DNA of 62,151 nucleotides, filler included, from Sphacelaria rigidula (Eukaryota), in NCBI GenBank assembly GCA_964200075.2. It is 8 parts of 8 records of this genome, joined end to end, with 100 filler letters (N's around TTAATTAATTAA, not from the genome) between each part and the next. Parts side by side here need not be neighbours in the genome. Positions count along the whole stretch, not along the records: positions 46,692 to 54,371 come from CAXNAA020013813.1; positions 54,472 to 62,151 come from CAXNAA020013814.1; 6 more parts are not named here. One strand, 5' to 3'. Numbering within the stretch: position 1 is the first letter of the stretch; each line of letters begins with the position of its first letter. Positions 51,328-62,151 of the stretch are shown here, piece by piece. A program made the translations under genes and the position numbers. The notes under the pieces are model-generated. The model ran no database searches, was not told the origin of the DNA, and saw only the letters and a list, made by a program, of their open reading frames with translations.

Positions 51328-51381
<54 letters not shown>
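51328..51381 (+). repeat. (GTT)n microsatellite
   Basis: Direct reading. Confidence 0.97.
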
Positions 51382-51383
<2 letters not shown>

Positions 51384-54049
51384 CGCTGCTGCTGCTGCTG
51401 TTTCCACCGTGCTTTCTGCTACGCTGGTTGGCTGTTATTGTTCCGCTCGTTGTGTTTTTTTGCCTCTACCGCTTACTGTCGGCTGTACTTTTCTCGCTCA
51501 CTATCACATCGCATGTTGTCATGTGCACGTGCATTTTCCGCCCTCATGTTCTTTATAACCTCGCTTCGATCTGATCGCACAGTTTTTGTTTTGTCATTGT
51601 TGCGTGCATTGTATCACCTTCGCCTGATCTACACCTGGTCAGCCATAACATCATCGCTGTACCTTACCAGCAATGATCGTGTTCTAGACATTCTCTATAT
51701 TATCCCGGTAGTTTTATTGTAGAACAACCCACCATGATCAGTATGTACTTTGTTTCCGGGGTTGCATTTTTATTGTGGTCATGAGGATTTGTGGAATGCA
51801 CATGCAGTAAAGCTTCCATTTCTATTTCGATCGTGTTTGCTTTTCATTCATTTTACATACTCATACTGTCTGCATCTCCGGGTGTCGCGTCTACCACAAC
51901 TGTCTTTTGAGCCCCTCGATTGTATTTTGAGTGCTGGATAATTTTGCGCTGTACTATTTTCATTTCATGTTCTGGTAATTTTGTGTTGTGTTTGGCGCTC
52001 GCGATGTTTCTCTTTGATCGTGCGGGTGCAGGCTATCGGCAGGGCCTTGTCTGTTGCGTTGCCTGTACTCATCATGCTTGAGCAGGATTCCGCTGGTAAT
52101 CATTTCATCTATGTGGTTCGCAAGGCCGAAACGCCGAACTTACCGCCCGGCACACGACATTTCGATCTGCGTCACGTGGTATAAAACCGAACCATATTTT
52201 CATGTACCCCAAGACTTCCAACGTATACTAACCACGCCCTCTATTACTTCCGCCCCTGTTTCACCCACACTCTTGTCCTGGGTGTGTCGCATCCCGCTGA
52301 GGGAACCGGCGCTAAACGTCATTGCGTTGGGGAGGACACGCAGGAAACACTGAACGGTTTGCCAATGACGGTATGTTCCCGCGTGGAGTGTCTGCAATTC
52401 GGTTTGGTCTAGCTAATACCGGGTACCTTTTTATGGAGTGTCCGCAATTTGGTTTGGTTTAGCTAATCCCGGGTACCTTTTCATAGCATTCTGGTAGCAG
52501 GGTCATTACCTTGGTGCCACTAAATAGGATCCCCATTTTCTCCCACACTGGTAATCGATCGTATGGTTTGCTTTTCACCAGGTTTACTTCTTGACGCACC
52601 CTGTACCGTAGTTGGATACTACCTTGTTCCTTCGCGGTACCGTAGTTGGATAATACATTGTTCAGTTGCTTCAAACTTGGTTTTCGATGTCATGCTGCCA
52701 CTCATCTTCCCGTGGATTGCCTTGTCATTACTTATTCAGTACACAGACGTACGTAGTTTCCCTATTTTGCTTTTTTGCCCTTCATGCCAAGCCTACCATG
52801 CAAGTTGACTGCGCGACTATATATCTTGTTTTTGACGGTTCTTACAGGCCCTGCATGTAGTTTCTAGGCACTTATTTCGCTGATATGGTCGCTGGACCCC
52901 CTTGGTGGGGGCGAAGCACGATTTCCATATTTTTTGCTGGTTGTTGTCTCGCGTGCACACCCTTTGCCACAAAACAACGCGGTTTCCCACCATGAGAACG
53001 CCGCATGATCAGAAAAAAAAACGCACAAGCCTCTTGACAGAGGTGTTGCTCACCCAACTTTTCCCGGCAAAGTTTGTCGACTGTACGGTTTTGTGTTGAG
53101 TAAAATTCGCCAAGTTCGCCAAATATATCTTTACTGCAGGGTCTCACAGGTTCCTTAGCCTGTTTATCGATAATACCGGCATAAAACCAGCCCCCTCCAA
53201 ATGCAACGCAATTGCTCAGACGTCACGCCCATACAATCGAAAAACAACGTTTGGTTCTATACCCACTGGGTGCCTTGGACAATTTGTCCAGGACCGTAGC
53301 ATTCTAGTCGCCCCGCTGAACGGTATTCTAAATAAGTAGGAAAGGTAACCATATTGCTGCACGATGTAGGTACACGCGCGCTCTCCTTACGCTGTCAAAC
53401 TCATGTGCCGTACAACTGCAGCAAGATATCACCACTTGTCATTTCTGTGCTTTGTCTCCGTATATTTAGTACAACGTACCTCATTATTATATTTTTACTC
53501 AGCATGCCTTGCCTATTTTATTTTCGCCATGATTATGTCTACAGTTTCACAGGATTCGAGAACCTAGGGGGACGGCTGCTGAAGAGGTTACATAATTGTA
53601 CAAATCTTGGCCCCAGAGATGATACGTTTCACGCACACTCTTGCGCAACTGTATCCTACCCGACGACCTGACGCCATGATATCATCTGACACATTCCCCT
53701 TCGAGCTCTGGACTGGCCGTAAACATCAAATGCGTACCACCGCTGTCTCAATAGCAAGAAGTTCCTTCCATATCCGCCCGCCCTATCCGAAACACCTCAT
53801 ACCCGAAGTGTTCGCGTCACACCTTGAGGGGGACCAAACTGGAACGCCACACCCACATTCCACCTGACCCCTGAATTTGTGTCGCGTTGGACTGCATTGC
53901 CTACATCTGTTACCATGTTGGATTGTCGAGAACTCTACGTTGTTTCAGGCACTGACGGGTGGGGAAAAGGGAAAGACTTCAAAAGAGGGGGGGGCGTACC
54001 TATTTGTTTCTGAGCTGTTGCACTCTGTACTGTTCTCATCTTCACTATT

Positions 54050-54371
54050 TTAATTGCATCCAAGTATTCTTTTCTTTGCTGCCATTTGCACCGTTTCCGC
54101 ATCAAAGTATTCTCTTAGCTGCGGCCAGCTGCACTGTTTCCAGTTGTTTCATCATTTTCACCCCTTGCTTTGCCATGTCTCACGCTTGTAGCAGGTCATC
54201 AAAGAATACCTCGGTTAGAGAGGGTGATAACGTACATCCTGGTGCGACTCCTTCAAAAATATCAAAATATTTCGATATTTCCCTGTCTAGCACCGTCGCA
54301 CTTTTGGCACATTTCTTTCGTCTTAATCGTCCACACCTTTCCTTTGATCATAGTTCCTCATATATTTCCCC
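54050..54371 (-). pseudogene. Non-LTR (LINE) reverse transcriptase relic
   Basis: CAKSATVLDREISKYFDIFEGVAPGCTLSPSLTEVFFDDLL (GV.QG..LSP.L motif) joined by an apparent deletion to KQLETVQLAAAKRIL. Confidence 0.75.
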
Positions 54372-54471
54372 NNNNNNNNNNNNNNNNNNNNNNNNNNNNN
54401 NNNNNNNNNNNNNNNTTAATTAATTAANNNNNNNNNNNNNNNNNNNNNNNNNNNNNNNNNNNNNNNNNNNN
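54372..54471. other. Artificial contig spacer
   Basis: N44-TTAATTAATTAA-N44. Confidence 0.98.
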
Positions 54472-56208
54472 CTGAACCAGACAAAATTTCGCGAAAAAAG
54501 TGCACCCCTACCGTAGCATTGCTCTTGGCTATTTTGGCGGGGGTTAGAACAGCTATTTTGATTGATGACAAACAGTAGCTGGTCTAAGATCGCAGCGGTT
54601 TCTCCACCACCGTTGAAGTCGGCAAAAGTAATCTTCGCGGAACACGGGAGGAGTGTGGCAGGTGTGGTTACTGTGCTGACGGAGCCCACGGCAGATACAG
54701 CAACGACTGCTGCATGCTGTGTGGTACAGACGCCCCGAAACCTCTAACCCGCCCGCTCAAATAAGGACATACATGGACTACTACACTTGTCATACCCTCG
54801 AGAAAGATATTCGCACGTCTGTCTGATATAGCGCCCAGTCCACAATGGAGGCCGTAACTCATACAATTGCCACTCCAAATACCCGTAGGACCGCCAGACC
54901 GGATTCTCGGAACAGAAAGCATTACCCACTCACGTGGTCAAGAGCCGTGCAAGGATAGAGGGGGTGCATGAGGTCGCGGAATTCCTCGAGCGGTAAAAGT
55001 TAAAGTATTCCGTCTCGGAGGTGATGGTGAGCTGAATCCTGCGCAATATCGCAATACTACTTAGTAGAAGTAACAAATGGTTTCCCTGTATTAGATGCCA
55101 CCACGAACTAACTAAGCAGTGTTTGTCGCACCACATTCTTCCGAAGAGCGTTTTCATGGATCGAAATCCAACATTTCCCTAGTTTTCATACCCCCCCTCT
55201 ATCGTTACACGGCTCTCCACTTGTACAGAAACATACGGAAAAGTCCAGCACGCGATGAGTAGCCTCTGCAACAAAAGGTATGTGGATCCGAATTGGAATT
55301 CACCCATATCCTGCCTTGATGCGCGTGAAATCTTCTATTTGAGAAAAAATGATGAAAGACCATCGTATGCGCCTATTTGTCGTATGTTCAAGACCCAATC
55401 TCTCATGATCTTGCTTCCTATTACCAGAGCGGGTCTGTCAAAGACATCTTCGCTCGTACGAATTGTCTAACTGCGCCCAGCGGCCGTTTGATGTAATCGA
55501 ACCCATTATTCTCTACATGCCATCCGCTGGTCCAGAGGACAAAAGTATTTGCAGGACTCATCGCGCATCATCACCTCTAACCGCCGGACACGGCCGTTCC
55601 TGAACAGTGTTATTTTATACAACCAAGATTCTTCGGTATGCGTATGTTGACACACACGCATCGAGCACCAACCGCACCAGAGAAAACGGACACCGGAAAT
55701 ACGGTGCTGCAGGAAAAGGCAAACAAACCCTCAAGGGGCGAAACCGAAAACAAGCCAAACACAACCAAACCTAGGTCTTAGCTCTTCTCAAAAGTCAATA
55801 TATACTTTGTATCTACATGGATCATCTGCCAGAAATAGAACACCTCACACAATAAGATCTGCAACCCGGGTTGTGCATACATGCTTGTGTGTTTTGGGCC
55901 AATCCAACACACCGTAACATTCAGCAAATCCGAACTTCCCCGCACCAAGGCGACAAAACACAACATGACGATCAACCACGTCAACAACGTTAACTACATT
56001 GCTTCGTCGGTCGTTGGAACACGCCATCCACCTGCAAAACACCCTTCCTTTAGCTGACTACTGTTACAGACGGAGTCTTTCCGTCAGCCCGACTACTCTC
56101 GTGTGCCAAGCTCTCCATGGCCTCGCTCTCGCTCCAGGCGAAAGCCGCTGAACCCGCCACAGCACCTATGCCTACACTACACATGCGGCACGTGTAACAG
56201 GTGGTTGC

Positions 56209-56319
56209 TCAGAGCTCCGTCTTGTGTGTCTTCTCCCCAAAGGGAAGCTCGGTTCCGTCCGTCACAGCTGCTGGCTCGGGCATACCCTTTTCCACCGAGG
56301 ACTGCTGCGGTCTTGTTCT
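56209..56319 (-). CDS. Exon 5 (terminal) of the 222-aa hairpin membrane protein
   Basis: ctcgcAG|RTRPQQSSVEKG...KTEL*, 111 nt, phase 0. Confidence 0.6.
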   Translation of the reverse strand, partial: RTRPQQSSVEKGMPEPAAVTDGTELPFGEKTHKTEL

Positions 56320-56998
56320 CTGCGAGTAGTTTGGTGTTCACGGCAAAAAACGAGACAAACCCGGACGTACCACCACTAGATTGGTTAGGGTTTGCGGTGC
56401 AGAATCTCGACAGCAGTATTAACGGGGTCGTTGTTGTCGGTTTCCATCGGCCGAACACATGAGTACGAGAGTGGGCAAAACTGTTCCGACAAACGTCGGT
56501 GGACGGCGGTACTGCTGATCCAATGCTTCACTACAGAGTATAACCCAGGAGCTGTTCCGGGCGACCGTTGGGGTGATCACTCGAGATTACGCACTCAAAG
56601 GGCGGGGGGGGGGTGGGAGTGCGATAAGGACGGCAACTACGAAAGAGGCGATAGGTGGTGCGGGCAAGGCAAGGAAGCCTTCGAAACGTATCAATCTACG
56701 ACCTTGAGAGGGAAAGGCGACAAGTGAAGGAACGGTAAAAACGACATAACCCTTCGACACCTCGGACAATATGTGGTCCAATAGTTGAATCGACAGTAGT
56801 ACATTTTGTCCGGGATGTGAAACCTTGTCGCAAACTCACGTCCTGCTGCGTAGGGGATGAGGCACCGACAACAACACAACAACATGTTCCGTGCGCATGA
56901 ATACGAAAAGGGATACACAACAGACAGCAGCGACATTGAGTCATGACTAGAGGGTGTTGGGGCAATGCGTACCATCAAGCACACGGAGATCACGGTAC

Positions 56999-57112
56999 CT
57001 GTTCCATGTGCGACCACAAGGATGCAGTTCTGGCCTTGATGTTGTCGCTGATACCTCGCTTCTCATCCACCTTCTGAATCCTCGCCCCGGTGTCCTTGAC
57101 GAGTTGCTTAGC
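56999..57112 (-). CDS. Exon 4
   Basis: cacgcAG|AKQLVKDTGARIQKVDEKRGISDNIKARTASLWSHMEQ|GTacc, 114 nt. Confidence 0.8.
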
Positions 57113-57938
57113 CTGCGTGTGAACCATCAGACGATCACCACGGGAGAGGGCGCACGGGTTCAGCGCAAACTAATCACGACAGTAGAGGGAACAGCAGTAG
57201 CAGCAGCCTTTTGGTACTCAGCTATCAGGCATTGAAGAATATTGATGCAAACGGATACAATTAGTGCTCGATCCAACCGCTGACCATGCAGTCCAAGTTG
57301 GCAGAGAAAAAACTCTGGAGCCCCCGTTTCTTCTTGATTTTGTACGCTGCAGGTGGGTACTTGGCCCCCGTACCCCTCACGAATGATTCTCACTATTTCG
57401 GAGAGCTAGCACACCATATTTTTCTACGTGAAACACAAATTGCATGGTATCTCGCTGTTGTTCATACTTTTGGTTTTGAAGATTGGGGGACACGAGAGTG
57501 AACGTGCTTCTTCGAGGTTTTCGCGTTAGATGGCGTTTAGAAGGTCAGTGCAGTTATGATTCCACGAAGTGAGAGTACAAGGCTGCTGCTCGTACTTTCG
57601 TGCGGACGTGAAGTTCCTAGCTAGCCACAGAGAAGGGGAGAAACGATGCGGTGAGGAATAAAAAGTGGAAGACAGCGACTAATTTTGATTTGCTTTGATT
57701 TGACGTGATTGTAGCACTTTAAGTGCCCCTCCAGGGGTCCAGCCGTGGTCTCATGATAGACGTACCCAAGAAAAACAAACTTTAACACTCGCTGAAGAAA
57801 AGAAGTAACAGAAAAAAACAAAATCGAACAGAACGACATAGTAGACTAAGACGTGAAAAAAAACAAAATCGAGCAAGACCGGAACACAAGAGAAAAGAAA
57901 CAAGGAACTAGCAAAACGCAAAACATCACGATACGTAC

Positions 57939-58043
57939 CTTGTCGCCTACTTTGAAACGTTCGTTGAGCTCACGGCCCTTCTTCACGACGCCCAGAATCA
58001 CTTTGGCACCGAAGCCTCCCGCTTTTCGCGCTGCATGTCCGGC
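57939..58043 (-). CDS. Exon 3
   Basis: tttctAG|AGHAARKAGGFGAKVILGVVKKGRELNERFKVGDK|GTacgt, 105 nt. Confidence 0.85.
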
Positions 58044-59108
58044 CTAGAAATTGTGTTTTACACCCGGAGGTCGTAGCAAAGGACTGGGTAAGCACCTATT
58101 ACTTCCGTGCAGAATTGCGATCAAGCGCCCGAATTTCTCTTTCAAGCGACCATGTACAAAACACCCACCTACAGTAGTGTATGAAGCGAATCACACAGTA
58201 CCTCTTATCCGAGAAATGTGGAAAAATGACATGCGTAAGGTGTAGTGCATGGCATGATATAAACCCGAATGTCCGAGCTACCACTAGCGTTACATGCTGT
58301 GCCCACGGCAGTCACGGGGTGAACGCCCGAGGCAAAAGCATGAAGTGCATCGTGCTTCTGTGAAGACGGCCAAGAGAAGCAACAGCACGTGAACTTGGCT
58401 CCACAGAAAAAGTGACAAACGACAGGGCATGCTGGTGAAATGACCAGTTCATACTTGCAGGCCGATCTGCGCCGTAGCAATAGTAGAACAACTCCGCCTA
58501 TGAGCTGTTTGCTTTTCGGTAGAGATCATGGGCGACCACGACACGAGTGAAATCGCCCCACCGTGGGATTTGAGCTCAACTCACATTACTATTCACCACG
58601 TTCTCCGGGAGTCGTGGCTTCCTACCCATCCGAAACATTTTGCATCCAAGTGCACAATCTGTACACCAAGCTCGTACTCACGTCATCGTGTGCTGCTCAA
58701 GTATACACTCAGTAGTTCAAGCGAGAGGAATGTCATCCGAGGTCATCTGATATACCGAACCACCCAGACCTGCTACGTCGGGCCAACACATCGAGCGGTT
58801 CTACTAGTGCGTGAGTAGAAGCACAGCGACGATCGACCGAGAGCCAATTCGTCGCAATTCAAGAACCGGTTCGCAAGTAACGGAAAATCTGAACGTGTAC
58901 CGAACACCACAGATATAAATATTGATGAAACAGTTTCTGGAGAATATACGTTGATATACTACCGACTGTATTTTCAACCAGGTGCACGGTAGCGCTACCT
59001 CGTTTTTTGCCCAGGCTACCGTTCGGCTGCTATCTGACCTGGTTAGATTAGGGACGGGAGGGGGGGGGAACAAATATCGTAGTTTTGCTGGTTTTGCTGC
59101 TACAGTAC

Positions 59109-59383
59109 CTTGCTGTCGTGACGGCACAACGCGGCAGCGCCCGCTCCGAAAATCACGACGACAAACGCCGGCGCGCTGATGATGATCCCCACGAGAGAAC
59201 CCACGGCAAACGCGCCCACTATAACCATGCCGCTTGCCTTGTCCCTCTTGCTCAACTGTTGATCCGGTTGTTGTCGGTCAATGTCGACGCCAAAGGATGT
59301 TGGCTTCCCATCGTCCCCCCCCGGTGTATCCACAGGCTTATTGCTGTCCGGTGTTGCTGCATCGATTGTTTTGTATGCGCTCG
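59109..59383 (-). CDS. Exon 2 (hydrophobic hairpin)
   Basis: cgcacAG|...MVIVGAFAVGSLVGIIISAPAFVVVIFGAGAAALCRHDSK|GTact, phase 1/0. Confidence 0.85.
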
Positions 59384-59714
59384 CTGTGCGTGTTGAGGGG
59401 GGAGGACAAGGGAGAGGTGGGCACGTGGTCAAACATATACCGCTCGAGTGGCATCAACGGCCTTGAGGTTGGTTGCGTTTGCTTGCCTCGTCGTGCACGC
59501 AGTGTTTGTCGCGATCGGTAGTCAAGTAGGTTTATTCGTAAACAATATATACTTCAATCGCAGCCTGAGTCTTCTAGCACACAAACTACACGGACCGTCC
59601 CTGTGAGTGCCAGTACCCCCGCCGGATGCAATTTTCAATTTTCCACATATGGGTCAGCTCATGAGGTACCAAAAATAGATAAATCGAAGAAGACTTTCAG
59701 ATCAATGTGCTGTC

Positions 59715-59930
59715 ATCCCATCTGTCGTGAACGCCAGTCTACACCTTTCGTTATATATGGGCGCATCAGCCGGCGTCACACATGAGGAAGGCCAGCACAG
59801 GATTCCATTGTTTTGTTTTGTTTTGTTTTGTTTTGAAACCTACCTTCCCTCTGCGGTTCTTGCCTTATTTTTATCGTGAGAGGGGTTCAGCAGTCCCTTT
59901 CCCTCGTCGACCGTGAAGGCGAATTTCGTA
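59715..59930 (+). repeat. Dispersed repeat family A copy (intronic)
   Basis: gggcgcatcagccggcgtcacaca.gaggaagg...ccctcgtcgaccgtgaa. Confidence 0.8.
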
Positions 59931-60006
59931 GGGAGCAAATATGGGAAGAGGTGCCAAATGAAACATGAGCTACAATAGTAATTCATGATCCGGATCACTA
60001 GACTAA

Positions 60007-60036
60007 GGCCAACTCCGATGGGAGCTGTTCAAAATT
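60007..60036 (+). mobile_element. Solo terminus related to the 81-254 MITE
   Basis: TAA|ggccaactccgatgggagctgttcaaaatt. Confidence 0.55.
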
Positions 60037-60779
60037 CCTGTCGAAAACTGCCTTTTGGGCCCTTCTCCGTCGATATTCGCCCTAAAAGAGGGCTAGACGG
60101 ATGCTGACGCCTTGGCATGACTTGCTATATTTTCGCAAAACACGACAGGCAGAAGTGACAGTAGGTGAAGGGCGGCAACAGATAATATGCCGATTCGTGA
60201 ACGGCAATAATCACCGAGGGTGCCTTCGACTCTGTCCCGCAAGATTTTGCGTAGAACAGCTTTGGATTTGTTCGTCATTGTGCCCGGCAGACACAAGCGC
60301 ACCGAAAACCGATTGCTGGATGTTGAACAAGCGATTGTTGAACGCGTTGTGAGGCGCCATATTAAGTCAGCATAAGCTCGAGACCTGTCCCCGGGACCGA
60401 TGCGAGGAACACCAGGGGAAAATGTCGCCAACACATGCATTCATCTACTCGTACGGCTTCAACCCTTGTGTGCGCTGCTTCCTGTAGAATCCGATGACAC
60501 TCGTAATATGATACATTCATCACTTTTCACTTTTGGAACACGCTTGCAACGCCCTCTCGAGGTAGCCAACCCTACAGTATTCTTGACCCCACCCCACGCA
60601 TATCATGAACCCTCAGGCACGGGATGTTCAGGGTGAGAGACTGACTGATGCTAGGGTCCGTTTCCGCGTTATCATACTCTAGTACTGTGCTGTCAAGCGC
60701 TCGTTCGTACATGTGGCACTTGTCTCCTGCCGCTTGCTGGTCTGTACTACTTTAAGTTGTCTGTAATACAAATGCTCAC

Positions 60780-60843
60780 CGAGTTCAAAATCCTGTGGGC
60801 TGCTGCTGTCGGTGGAAGACGAAGTACCTTTTGCCGTGCACAT
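60780..60843 (-). CDS. Exon 1
   Basis: MCTAKGTSSSTDSSSPQDFEL+g|GTGAGC; phase 1 matches exon 2. Confidence 0.7.
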
Positions 60844-62151
60844 CTTTCTGGTAGTCAATAGTCAGTCGCAAAAATCCTAGATATCAAGTAGCCGTCGAGT
60901 AGAGATGGAGGGAAACTGTGAAGTGTATCCGCTTATTTGTGTTTTGATGCGGCGGGCAGCGTCGATGAAGCTTTGCTGACTTCTGCAGTTCGAAAAACGC
61001 GGCGGAACAAGAATTCGCAGAACGTTCGTTGATGTGTTATTAGGAACGATCTTTGCGTCGTTTCGCTCAATCTTTTTTATTTCCCGCCAAGGAAGATCCC
61101 CGCCGTTGTCCATTCACCAGTTGGCGGACTAACATGAGTGTCCATTCAAGCAGAAACAGAAGGCGAGGGATGCAGTACGCGAGCCTGCGTAGGCGAAGCT
61201 GCAATAGTACCAGTATGTCGTCGGTCGATGCGAATTTTCAATAGCTCTCTTACTCCTTCGTTCTCTCGCATTTATTTGGCTAACTGGGAGTTGACACGAA
61301 GGACTTAAAGTCCCGTGGACATCAACGTGGAAATGAATTTGTGTACGCTCACAAACAAAAACGACGATATATGGCTCAGCAGAACGCACATGTTATATAG
61401 GCAGAACAATACTTTGCTAATCAAGAGAAACTACCGGCAAGAAGATGTCCAGATGGGGTATGCTGTCATGCCACGGAACCCAGCTGACCTCGTGACCGGT
61501 TGAGCGCTGGATGCCAACCTTTTGTCCTTTTGCTGTGGGTCGAGTCAGTAAGAGTGAATTCAGGTCATTATAATATCTTGCTCGTGCACCCTCCTCCCGC
61601 CAAATTTATTTCTTCTGGTTGTCGTCTTGGTGCGTGATTTATCAAATACCACGTACGTGTTGTTCTCCATTCAATGATACGGAGGCTTGTACGTCATACC
61701 CTTCAACCCCATCCTATCTTCGGTACAACTGATGCAGAGAGCATTAGAATAAGCAATAAGCAATGATGTTCGTCCGCAGCTGTCCTCCGCGCTACTGAGG
61801 GGGTACATACTTGACTTCTGAAAATTACTGTTTGCTCTGTCGCACTGTTGTGAAACCAATGTACTCGTTGAGACGGTTCCAGCATAACACCCATCTACAG
61901 ACCATAATCATTACCATTACAATGACAATGACCAGTTATAACTGGTAACATTCCCGAGCTCTACCGATTTTTCATTTCTCGTGTGTTTTTCTTCACCTGT
62001 ATCACTGGCGTGTGCCTGCACCTACACGTCGATATCCTCCTCGGGGATGTCAAGGGCTTCAGTGGCAAGCTAGTCCAGAGAGTATATAACAGCCGATTTT
62101 ATTTTTTGGGGTTCATACAAAATATGAGGCTGAAGTGGCATATCTCTCTTG

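Noticed and set aside
50724..51722. Long Cys/Val/Leu/Thr-rich ORFs
   Set aside because: Products of microsatellite and 73-bp repeats that lack stop codons
52400..53900. Upstream (DDD core) part of the putative piggyBac transposase
   Set aside because: Only vague resemblance by eye; cannot be supported without a profile search

Overview
Eukaryotic, intron-rich, transposon-dense DNA, most consistent with a brown alga or other photosynthetic stramenopile (inferred from a signal peptide + ASAF-type plastid presequence and the repeat landscape). The window is not one locus: it is 8 contigs of 7682, 7682, 7682, 7682, 7682, 7681, 7680 and 7680 bp joined by identical 100-bp N44-TTAATTAATTAA-N44 spacers, i.e. 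length-sorted unplaced contigs, so nothing should be joined across gaps. Main content: a decayed Ty3/Gypsy element (gag-PR-RT-RH-IN, 23347-28191, minus), a Copia gag/5'-LTR fragment, a separate Copia RT-RNaseH fragment, a LINE RT relic, a probable piggyBac relic beside a cluster of TTAA-type mini-elements, and several non-autonomous DNA transposons with readable target-site duplications (hAT 8 bp, PIF/Harbinger TAA/TTA), one of them a composite hAT carrying unique cargo. Host genes: one complete 5-exon gene reconstructed by hand (222 aa, hydrophobic hairpin plus basic helices), a head-to-head gene pair (one with a plastid-type presequence), an ankyrin exon, and a decaying multicopy spliced ORF. 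No rRNA, tRNA or CRISPR array was found, and no novel system is firmly established from sequence alone.
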